Assembly (NCBI GenBank): GCA_002269645.1
Contig: NIVC01004489.1
Location: forward strand, 1-44,367
Reading direction: 5' to 3'
Length of the DNA: 44,367 nucleotides
From: Macrostomum lignano
Lineage: Eukaryota
Below are positions 34,816 through 44,367 of this stretch, one piece after another; the first letter of the stretch is position 1, and each line of letters opens with the position of its first letter. The notes beneath the pieces were generated by a model, which was not told the DNA's origin, ran no database searches, and was given only the letters and a program-made list of their open reading frames with translations. The position numbers and the translations under genes were made by a program.

Positions 34816-37800
34816 TGAACGAAATTACAATTAAAAAATTGATCAGCTCAAATTAAATAGTGAAATGATTCCTATACCTTTAATAAATAAGCGAAAGGAT
34901 AAATTTGGTTCAGTCCTAGTTTGGAAAAAAACCTAGCTTTGAAAAAAGATAAGCTGTGCAGTATCTGAAATTAATATGCAATTACTGCATGTATAGTTGT
35001 TATAACTAAGATCTTGGGCCGGTGCAGTATCTATAGCTCTCTAATTATGAGTTCGAATGCGTTCTCAATAAATCCATCACACACGACTTCAGCGAGTTAG
35101 CTGACTTCTTATGATTGATGAGCTGGCGAACTTGGGTATTACTAAATACGTTTGTACTTCTGAAATGGATGCTTTATAGAATTAACAATTGATGTTTGTA
35201 TGATGCTACTTATAGTGTTGTTTTTCGCATGTGGATAGAATAATTAGCTTAGGGCATCTAAACACTCTACAATGCTCCAAAATTTGTTTAATAATATTGT
35301 AAAAGAGCGTTGCTGAGGAATTCAAGAACTGTACTTTTAAAAACAACGTTTACATGTAATTTCAGCTTTAAAACAGTCGATTTAAAACATATTTTACTAT
35401 ATAATTATTTATTCTATGGAAACGAAACATTTTGAACATTTTGAAAATGAGAATTCTGTTCCTAAGAATTCCTTTCATTTTAAAGGATTCGCCCTTGCTT
35501 ATTGGCCGCCCCGAAAGGGGGCACTAGATTGCTAGTAAGACCTAATTTCGTGTCATCACAAAATTTGTACATCGAATTTGATTTCTTTGTACTTATTGGC
35601 CGTGTGATTTGGTGTCGTTTGAATGGCAGTGTGAAATGAGCCTTTAATTGTCCAATGCCATCCAGCCCACCATGAAGTCAAGCTATAATAAGTACATTAC
35701 ACGGGCTTCGTAAAACCTGAGCTCGAGCTGTACATACACATGATCGTTAAATAGCGACACTGTACATTAATTGCAGTAAGTTTAGGGGGTTAGTTGTGCC
35801 AGTCAGGGCGTAAAAACGACCCTCTCCCCCACAAGAGCAGCAAGCCCACTCTAGGGTCACAATCCTTAGTTGTTGTAAATGAAAGTCAATATACGAGCTA
35901 TGTCCAAATATTTTTCAACCCCCCCCCCTAACTTGTTATTACGAATTAAAAAGTCAGTCCCTAATAATCGTTCGGTGTCGTTTCTATTGCGTTACAAATT
36001 AAACGCATTAAAATTACAACCAAAAAAACAAATCTTAGGCTTCTTATTGTACATACAAAGCTACTAAGAGTTTTAGCTAATGAAATTGACTCTGTGTACT
36101 TGTCCTGTCCATACTGCCTCAGGATTTAGCACGATTGGTACTCAACTTTGGCAATTAATTTTATTGCTATCGCTTCGCTCTGACGTCCCTGATCTTAGCT
36201 AGTCAGACAACTTATTCTTAACCAACTTCCCCTGGTTCGAATTAAATATGTGTAATTTATCGAACTTCGAACAGCTTATCAGGTTATCCATGACTGTCAA
36301 GATTTTGCCTCGATACTAAGGTGGTACATGCAGTAAGTCGATTCCTTTATCTTATATCTCTGTTTAACTCGGTTTATTTATTTAGTCACCAACTTTGACA
36401 AAAGCCACGTGTACACGCTGATTATAGTTCCTTCCTTGTGGTTTAAAGAAGCCTGCCTGCTTGCTTGAGCTTCGAGTTTTGCTCGGTACAGCAGAATTCG
36501 TCTTACCTTTACGACACCCCAACCCAACCCCCAAGCACAACACAGCTTGTGTGCGATCCCCGACTCCCCATAGGGCACGACTAGCTAGCTACTAGCTAGC
36601 CCAATGATTTCTTATCTTCCCCTATCAGTCTGCATGCGTTCGGTGAGTACGGCCTCTTGCATGTTCAATGAATGCAACGAATAAATAGCTTGCGTTTTCA
36701 GTGTCGTTAAGAAACGTTGAAAGCAATTTTTATTTATAAAAGTCAAAGCCTGGCCTACTCGCGCCATAGCTATATAGCTAGCTGCTTTTATTATCGATCC
36801 AAACTAGAGAGGATTCGATCATCAATAGTCTATGGCCAAGAGCCTTTAATGGCTGAAGAAAACCTCAGCATTCTATCTAAAGCGTCTTAACTGAAGCAAT
36901 ATCAGAGAACTTCATAGATTGAAAAACAACTTGGCAGTTTAGTGGAGAGAGTTGTATCTCGTCAAGCATCCAATTTTTGACGCGCATGGGTCGCATATGT
37001 AATTATCGACCACTGCTTTCTGTGTCAATCGCGATGATGAGATTCTACTCCTCCAACTGCACTGCTCAAGTGTGAGCGCCGCTGATTGTATGCACTTCTA
37101 TCCTGACTCTCAAGGCAGTGTCTCAACGTCTCAAAGTTGGGAATCGCCCTGTAGCCCTCCTGACTCCGACGTCTGACTCATCTGCCACGACCCCAGGTGC
37201 TGCATGGTTCGATTCCGCCCCATGAGCGACCAGAGTTGTATGGGGTTTTTGTGCACTAAAAATTGGCCAACCCTCAAGGCACAGAAAGTGTACATCATCC
37301 CTGATGATTAGAAAGCCAGGGCCGCGTGTAAACCCTGTGTGCATGAGCGTATGAACGAGTGCGTACCTGCGTGCAGTATCCGCGCGCTTGCATGTGCTCA
37401 GGAGCTGTCAGCGGAACGGGCTGAATTGCCGTCAGCGCAGGTTGAGCTGCTTGCTAATTTAGAAAATTCAGCTACGCATTCTTTCAAGATTTGGGGTCGT
37501 TTGATATTGATTATTGTCTTATTATTTAATAACAAAATTGATTCAATAAGCTAACGAACCTGTGGATTAAGTGCTTAATTGCATTCTCAAGCACGACGCT
37601 ATACTTCGGAGTAAGTTATGAACAATTATTAGATATGGAATTCTATGCCATACTGCATGCCACCCAGTGCTTCTTGAGAACTACGTTCGTTAATTCTAAC
37701 TGTGTAGGTGTATTTTTAGCAAAATAATTTTAAATTTTGCATTCAACGAGCGTGTGCTGGAGCATTTCGAGTTCCATTTAGTAGCTCTTCAATACATGCA

Positions 37801-38174
37801 TTTTTATGTTATGCAGAGCATTATGCAGTACAAGTACTGCAAAACATTACGTAATGCAGTTACATATTAAAAATAAACGCACAAACGTTGTAGTCTAAAT
37901 TTATCTAATGGTATGACCCTTAAAACAACAACCAGCATGGTCAGCAAATGATCTTGGAAAAGTTATTACCTTCTCTATCTTTTCTATCAGCGCTAAAATA
38001 GGCGCTGTTCGCCAAATTAGAAAGCCCAGATTGCGTTGTCTATGGTCAAAAGTGGTTCCGGCCCTTCACTGGCACTCCTGCCCACCCCCTCCCCCCCAAT
38101 CGAAGACTAAGTTACGGCCCTTATCGAATACACAGATACACTTAACCTATTGTAATTTAAACGCATAACAGATT

Positions 38175-38463
38175 GCCCGCCCGCTGAGAGGATGTCTATG
38201 GCCAAAAGGCAAAAGCCAAACTGATTCAGCGTAAATGCATAGTCACGGGCTTGCACGAAATGCGACTGTCTGTTGGTGAATCCTCACTTTGGGGCCATGC
38301 TAGCTACATATAGCTACAGCACAAGTACGTACGCTAGTACGTATACACTTGTAGGCTGGCTGCATCATTCAGTTGAATAAAACTGTGTATTTCTCGTCTG
38401 CCTTCGTTCAATATAGGGGCGAATCAATAGTATTTTGGCCATGGACATCGTCAGCGGTCGGGC
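38175..38463. mobile_element. MITE with ~31-33-bp imperfect TIRs
   Basis: GCCCGCCCGCTGAGAGGATGTCTATGGCCAAAA versus the reverse complement of TTTTGGCCATGGACATCGTCAGCGGTCGGGC; no TSD seen. Confidence 0.6.
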
Positions 38464-38944
38464 TGTCGTGCGTTGTAATCGATACCTTCTTTGAACATGT
38501 TTACATGTACTTCAAGTAAGGCTATATAAAACAAGAATAGACACTTATCTGACGTTATTGGTATCATCATACAAGTACACGCTCGTATGTCTCTACTGTC
38601 AGTAGCAAAAGGAAGTATTTATACATACACAGATTTTTTATTCGGATTTTACGATTTTCAAGTGCTGAATTAAACATAATGGACGAGAATTTTGGAGCCA
38701 ACCAATCACCGATGGCGGACTTTCAGATCGATTTCTCAAATTGAAAGTGCGCACTTATTATTGTTATGTGTAATTGTTTATTTAGAACTTAACCAACTAC
38801 AACCACTAACATTAAAAGGAAAAAACCGATTAAATAAGGTTTGAATTTCACTGTCAGCAAAAATATATACTCGGTATAACTGTTTCCATCGTGAACTGTA
38901 AAATGATTGAGCATATAGCCTGTTCTTTTGCGTACTGCATAGGC

Positions 38945-40353
38945 CTAAGGTACAACCTTCTTTTCAACGCAAGCCAGGCTGACTCGACGCTCCTTCCTCA
39001 CGCAGCTGCCGTCTTTGTTCCTTTCGTACCTGTAGATGATGTTCTCCCGGAATCCCTTCTTGCAGGGGCCCTCTTCGACCATCTCGTCGGCTTTGCAGGT
39101 GGCTCGCGTGGCGACTTTGTGAGAAGGAATTGTAGTTATATAGCTATCAATATGCGTAATATACAAATGCATTGTAGCAGAATCCTTACCCAATCGGCTG
39201 CATTTCTCGTCGTCGACTCGAACGTTTCTAACGCATCGACCTTTGGCCGAGTTGTATCGATAATAGATCTTCAGAACGCTCCGGTAGCCGTCCTTCCGGC
39301 AGGGCTTCTGATGATAAGTGGAGTCCGGACAGTGGTGCTTGGCCGCTGCGGCCTGTCGCTTCGTTGGCTTGCCGCATTTTCTATTTACGTAATCTTGCTT
39401 CATTCGACAGCGGCCCAGCTTAGCGTCCAGCTCGTAGTGCTCAATCAGCAGGCGCTGCTTGCCTTTGCTACAGGGGCTGGGCTCGATCACCCGCGGCGTT
39501 GGGCACTCTGCGGTTTGTTGGGGCGAGGAAGCGTTCTGTTTTGTCTGAATTTAGGAGACTGACTTTGGTTTTAATTATTATTTAAGCGTCAGTTTGTATT
39601 ATCTCATGTACATTTGACACAGTACGCTAGCTGCTTACTTTTCACTCGATGACAGGAAACTTCTTTAACTCGAAGCTTCCTCACGCAGCGCTTCTTGAGC
39701 TTGTTATAAACATAGTATGTGGTTAGCCAGCGCTCGAATCCAGAGGCTGAGCACGGTTTGGCCAGCTTACGAGATGGAGGCAAACAGTCTAGGTGAATGG
39801 TTGTTAGGGCAAGCATACAATAATTATTCATGACGCGATTCGGATCATACTTTGGCCGTCATATTTAACCGTCTAATCCACGGAGGAGAATTTCCACTGG
39901 AATTCCATTGACTGGGATTCCACTGACAGGGATCCAACTCATGTCTGTATTCCTGTCTACAAATCTATATTTGACACCGTCACCGTAGGTGCAATTTAAA
40001 ATTTGAACATACCTCTATCCCGCGTTGAAACCAGCTAGAGTTCCGCTAACTATACAGGGACACGGGCTAACTACGCATGCAGTGCCATTTGTGGATGCCC
40101 ACATTCTCACTTGGCCTGACAGCAGTCCTATGATCATCTCTCAACTGTACGAGTATACGAGCGTAAAGTACGAAAACATAGTGTTCGTAGTTACCAGCAG
40201 TGCTGCCTTTGCACTCTTCGGTAACAGACTTTTCGGCGCGAGCGCAACGGCCCTCCAGGTCGCGTGTGTATTGATAGATTATATTCGTGCGGAAGCCGCG
40301 GTGACACGGACCGGTCTCCACTACGTCATCCTTTGGACAGGAGGCCAGCTTTA
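38945..40353 (-). CDS. Partial multi-exon gene encoding a basic protein of tandem 4-Cys repeats, family unknown; exons 40353-40195, 39788-39639, 39544-39190, 39114-38945
   Basis: Five repeats C-x(9-10)-C-x(19-21)-C-x10-C with conserved P-C-x(2-3)-G and aromatic residues; GT-AG introns; exons of 159 and 150 nt are phase 1-1; the third exon is 355 nt, one base too long for phase 1-1. Confidence 0.8.
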
Positions 40354-40385
40354 CTAGAAAGCAAGAATGCTCGAATTATTGGCTT

Positions 40386-40581
40386 TGTAAGACCGTGGGT
40401 TGAATTGCAGAGAATAACAAAACGTGAGGAGACCTCACTGGCTCACGCCAATATATTTATTGCCAAAGTTGGGGTGGGTGTAACTACCCTAAGCACGCAC
40501 ACGCCGCAGCGCTAAACCCCAACCCCCAAACCAGCCAGACGTGCACATCTAAGTGCACGCGCACCAACAAGCCAGACTACA
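40386..40581 (-). repeat. 3' LTR of the Gypsy element (196 bp)
   Basis: Starts TGTAGT immediately after the PPT, ends CTTACA, contains AATAAA. Confidence 0.85.
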
Positions 40582-40594
40582 CTACTTTCCCCCT
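40582..40594 (-). other. Polypurine tract AGGGGGAAAGTAG
   Basis: Purine run between the pol stop and the LTR TG. Confidence 0.85.
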
Positions 40595-40617
40595 AGAAGC
40601 AAAAGACAGTTCCAGAG

Positions 40618-43600
40618 TCAAGCAAAGCCCGCCATGTACAAGTCAGGTGGCCGCCGCTCTCTCGCCGACCGCCGCGGAACCGTGACCGGCTCGGCCGGTG
40701 CCGCCGGCTGCTCCTCGGGTGCCTCGTCTGCCTGCAGCTCGGGCCAGAAGGTCACCGCGTCGCCGCCAGGATCGGTCGCCTGCCCGGGCGGCTCAGCGAC
40801 GGTGTCGTCGTTGTCGAAGTCGGCGGCCGGCGGCTGGTGGTCTGCTGCGGCCGGAAGCTCCAGTGACGCCCGCCGCTGCACGAAGCACTTGAGGCGGTCG
40901 TGGTGCACCACCAGCCGGCGCCTGCGGCCGGTCTCGTCCTGGATGCGGTAATTGACCTCGCCCAGGCGCCTCAGGACTCGGTACGGCCCCTTCCACTTGG
41001 CGCTCAAACACCGCGTCTGGCCGCGCTTGACGACGGAGTTGCGCAGCATCACGAGCTGGCCCTCTTCGAACGGCACAAACCGAGAGTCCTGGTTGGCCAG
41101 CCGGTTGCGCTCGGCCTGGGCGCTCCGCAGTCGGCCGTGCACCGTGTCGAAGGCGCTCTGCAGGTTCTCCTGAGTCCGCCGCAGGAAGCCGTGATGTCCA
41201 CCGTCGGCTGCCGGCCGGTCGCCGCTTATCAGCCAGCTGTCGAGATCCAGCCTCGGTGGCCAGCCGTGGAGGACCTGGTACGGACTGAGGCCGATGGTGC
41301 TGTGCACGGAGGTGTTGTAGGCCCAGGTCACATATGGCAGCTTGCTGTCCCAATCCTGCTGGTTCTCGGCCACCGTCGTCGCCAGCATATCGCCGAGCGT
41401 CCGGTTGCCTCGCTCGACGATTCCGTTGCCGCTCGGATGAAACGGCGACGTGCGCGTCTTTTCGACGCCCAGCTTCTCGCAGAGCCGGCCGAACACCTCG
41501 CTCTCGAATTGCCGTCCCTGGTCACTGTGCAGCACCTGAGGAGCGCCGTGACGCAGAACCACCGACTTGAGCAGCGCATCCGCCACCGTAACCGCGTCGA
41601 TTGCCGCCAGGGCTGCCGTCTCCATCCACTTGGAGAAGGCGTCGCACATGCTCAGGATGTACGCTTTGCCATCAGTCGTACGCGGAAGCGGCCCTTTGAT
41701 GTCGATCTGCACCAGCCGCCACGGAGCCGTCGGCTGGCACGTCGACTGTAGCGGCGCCTTCTGCGGCTTGGTTGGACTCTTCTTGGCCAGGCAGACCGCA
41801 CAGCTGGCCACCCAGTTCTCGACGTCCCGTCGCAGACCAGGCCACCAGCAGCGCTCAGACAATCTCGCTCCGGTCTTGTCGACGCCGAGGTGTCCGCTCT
41901 GGTCACACGAGTGCGCCTGCTGCAGGAAATGTGGCCGCAGGTGACCGGGAATGACTGGCCGGCCACCGACCAGCAGGACTCCCGCCGAGCTCACCGAGGC
42001 CTCGTCCAGCAGCTCGCGAACCTGCGCCGCCCATGAATCGGACAGGCTGTCAATCCCTTCGGTCAGCGCCTGGAACGCCTTGCTCAGCAGCGGATCTTGC
42101 AGTTGCTCCTCGTGCAGGCGGCTGTCGTCCCACCGAGGCTGCAGGCGCGTGCCGGCCACCCGGCTCAGCGCATCCGGCACGACGTTGTCCATGCCAGGCC
42201 GGTACAGCAGCTCGAACGAAAACTGCTGCAGCGTAGAAAGCCATCGCGCCAGCCGACCTTCGGGTCCTTCGTTGCCAGCAGACCTTGCAGTGGCCGGTGG
42301 TCCGAGTAGACTCTGAAGCTCGGAACACTCAGCAGGTACGTCCTGAAGTGCTTCAAACTCCAGACAAGCGCCAGCAGCTCGCGGTCGGTCGCCGAGTAGT
42401 TGCGCTCGGCCTTGTTGAGGGTGCGAGAGGCGAACGCCACAGGCAGCTCGGCGTCACCGTGCAGCTGGCTGAGCACCGCGCCGACGGCGAACTGACTGCT
42501 GTCGCAGCTGAGCACAAACTGCTTGGTGAAATCTGGCAGTCTCAGCACCGGAGCTGTCGTCAGCCGGTCCTTCAACTCGCGGAACGCTCGCTCGCAGTCG
42601 CTGCTCCACGCGAAGTCCCTCGATTTCACGCTGACGTCGTGCAGGACCCTCGCCGTCTGGCTGAAGCCTCGGATGAACCGGCGGTAGAAACCCAGCATTC
42701 CAAGAAACCGCTTCACCTCCTCGTTCGTCGTTGGGCTGGGCATGCTGCGAATGGCCTCGACCTTGCCGGGATCCGGTGCGATGCCCTGCTCGCTGATCAG
42801 GTGTCCCAGGTACAGCACCCGGCGATGGCCGAACGCGCTCTTGGCCTTGTGCAGCTTGAGTCCCGCGTCTCGCAGCCGCTTAAAAACTTCCGCCAGCCTC
42901 TCTAAGTGCTCGTCGAACGTCCTGCTGAAGACAATGATGTCGTCGATATAAGTCAGCACGGACTCCCAGGACAGGCCGGACATCACCAGCTCCATGAGCC
43001 GCTGGAACGTCGCCGGGGCATTGCACATCCCGAAGCCCATCTTGCAGAATTGCATCAGGCCGCGCGTCGAATAGAAAGCCGTCTTGTACCGGTCCTCCTC
43101 CGCCACCTCCACCTGGTGGTAGCCCTGCCGGCAGTCGATGGTGGAGAACCAGGACATCCGACAAGCGCATCCATGGCCTGCTGCAGGTGCGGCAGCGGGT
43201 ATGCATCCTTGACCGTGCAGGCGTTGAGCTGCCGCCAGTCCGTGCACAGTCTGATGTCGCCGTTCTTCTTGCGGACCACCAGCAGGTTGCTGGCCATGGC
43301 GATGTCGACGGTTCGATGATGCCGCTTTCCAGCATCTGACCGATCTTCTTGTCCACCTGGTCTCGCACAGACAGCGGCAGCCGGCGCTGGACCTGCCGGT
43401 GTGGCCGCGCTCCCGGCTCCAGCTCGATTTGGTGCTGCAGCAACGCCGTCGTGCCCAGGTCGTACTCGTGCCTGGCGAACAGGTCCTCGTTGCTCTCCAA
43501 CAGCTGTCGCAGCCTCGCAGCATCCGGTTCGGGCAGCTCCGCGTTGATGTTCCAACCGACGGGGTTCTCCTGGGCCGCCTCCTGGCGACTGTCCCCGTCT

Positions 43601-44332
43601 GTCATCGCGCCTTCGAACGTGCCGACCGCCTTGTTGGCGTACAGCAGCACGGGCTCCTCTGCAAGGTTGCACATTTTCACCGGGATGCGGCAGTCGTCCG
43701 AGACCGCCAGCACGCGGCCCGGCAGGACGGCAGTGGACTTCACGAAGTCCTCAGACGGCTCAAAGACTCCCTGCTCGCCGCTGGAATCCACCTTGAGCCA
43801 CACCAGCTTCTCGCTGCGGGCGGGCAGCTCCGTAGTTGCCGCCACACGCGCCACCAGGACACTCGGCACCAGGCGACAATCTGCTCGAGCCGGCTCGCTG
43901 CTGAAAGGCACAGCTGTGCCGTCGAACCTGACGACGCCTTCTTTAATGTCAATCGTCATCGCCTGCGACACCTCGCCAATGAAGTCCATGCCGATGATCA
44001 GGCTGGGCTGGATGCCGTCCACGACTGTGAAGCGATGGCGCACGCGGATGGTCTGGCCGATCGAAACATCCGCTGCTGACAGGCCAAGGCAGCGCAGCCG
44101 GGATCCGTCGACAGCCGTCGGCAGCGCACCGATGTCGGTGGAGTCGATCTTGCACTGCAGTCTGTCGAACAGCGACTTGTCCATCAACGAAACTTGCGCG
44201 CCGGTGTCGAGCAGAGCAGGCGCTGACACGCTGCCAAAAGTGCACCTTCACGAAGACTGAAGGCGCTGATCTGAGGGCCCCTTTTGAGCGGGTCGGTGCT
44301 GGCCCCAGGCTGCCGACCCTCAGAAGTTTCCC
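40618..44332 (-). CDS. Gypsy pol polyprotein with four 1-bp frame slips (about 44240, 43295, 43160, 42265) and no in-frame stops in the homologous reading
   Basis: Homology passes between ORFs 43949-44359, 42880-44229, 43055-43672, 42165-43523 and 40618-42192; each switch sits in a short base run. Confidence 0.9.
44275..44332 (-). promoter_or_regulatory. Predicted -1 ribosomal frameshift signal (GGGAAAC heptamer plus downstream stem or pseudoknot)
   Basis: G GGA AAC at 44332-44326, then TTC TGA (gag stop); 6-nt spacer; stem GGGTCGG / CCGACCC; pol is open in the -1 frame. Confidence 0.8.
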
Positions 44333-44367
44333 TGCGGCTGACCAGTTGGTGTCGGGCACACCGGGCG

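Larger units (their letters stand above)
40386..44367 (-). mobile_element. Ty3/Gypsy LTR retrotransposon: end of gag, pol (PR-RT-RH-IN), PPT and 3' LTR; 5' part outside window
   Basis: PR LLDTGAQVS; RT YPLP, STIDCRQGYHQ, FGMCNAPATFQ, YIDDIIVFS; RH CDSSQFAVGAVL, DHRPL; IN HHCC finger, IDIKGPLP, HSDQGRQFES, ERGNRTL, KWKGPY. Domain order is Gypsy-type. Confidence 0.97.

Noticed and set aside
37150-37230. tRNA or SINE head around GGTTCGATTCC (about 37207)
   Set aside because: B-box-like motif only; no A box at the right spacing and no cloverleaf or tail.
35790-38122. Possible hAT element bounded by CAGGGCGTAA and GTTACGGCCCT
   Set aside because: TIR match is short and imperfect, with no 8-bp TSD.
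39115-39189. Reading GKDSATMHLYITHIDSYITTIPSHK as part of the Cys-repeat protein
   Set aside because: It is an AT-rich 75-nt GTAAGG...AAAG segment between two repeats, best read as a stop-free phase-1 intron.
40553-44260. Many plus-strand and alternative-frame ORFs over the Gypsy element
   Set aside because: Shadow ORFs of GC-rich pol coding sequence.

Overview
Eukaryotic DNA, most likely from an invertebrate animal (inferred from the Spinster gene and the mix of transposon families), with GC-rich exons in AT-rich, repeat-dense sequence. There are two host genes. One is a two-exon Spinster-family MFS transporter (minus strand, 2871 to <1) whose intron is almost entirely a 21-bp minisatellite. 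The other is a partial gene of unknown family (minus, 40353-38945) built from five 4-Cys repeats. The middle of the window (about 9.9-33.8 kb) is a nest of insertions, each with a readable target-site duplication (TSD). The host is an APE/RT LINE (RTE-X-like) with an unusual ~0.5-kb terminal direct repeat. It is interrupted by a solo LTR (TSD TATA) and by a CMC-EnSpm-type element (CCCAGTG ends, TSD GC). That element contains a tRNA-derived SINE and a 15.1-kb foldback element with ~4.6-4.9-kb inverted arms and a 7-bp TSD (ATCACAG). The foldback core holds Tc1 remnants and a second EnSpm element (TSD AG). Also present are a complete but dead mariner, several MITEs and a nearly intact Ty3/Gypsy element with a -1 frameshift signal. 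The main leads are the giant foldback, a RIP-like CpA->TpA mutation signature in the old repeats, the LINE terminal redundancy and the Cys-repeat protein. Most long ORFs in the ORF track (IIYLKIS, PPLQRPPS, YP-rich) are translations of tandem repeats. No database searches or computations were run; all family calls come from motifs recognised by eye.
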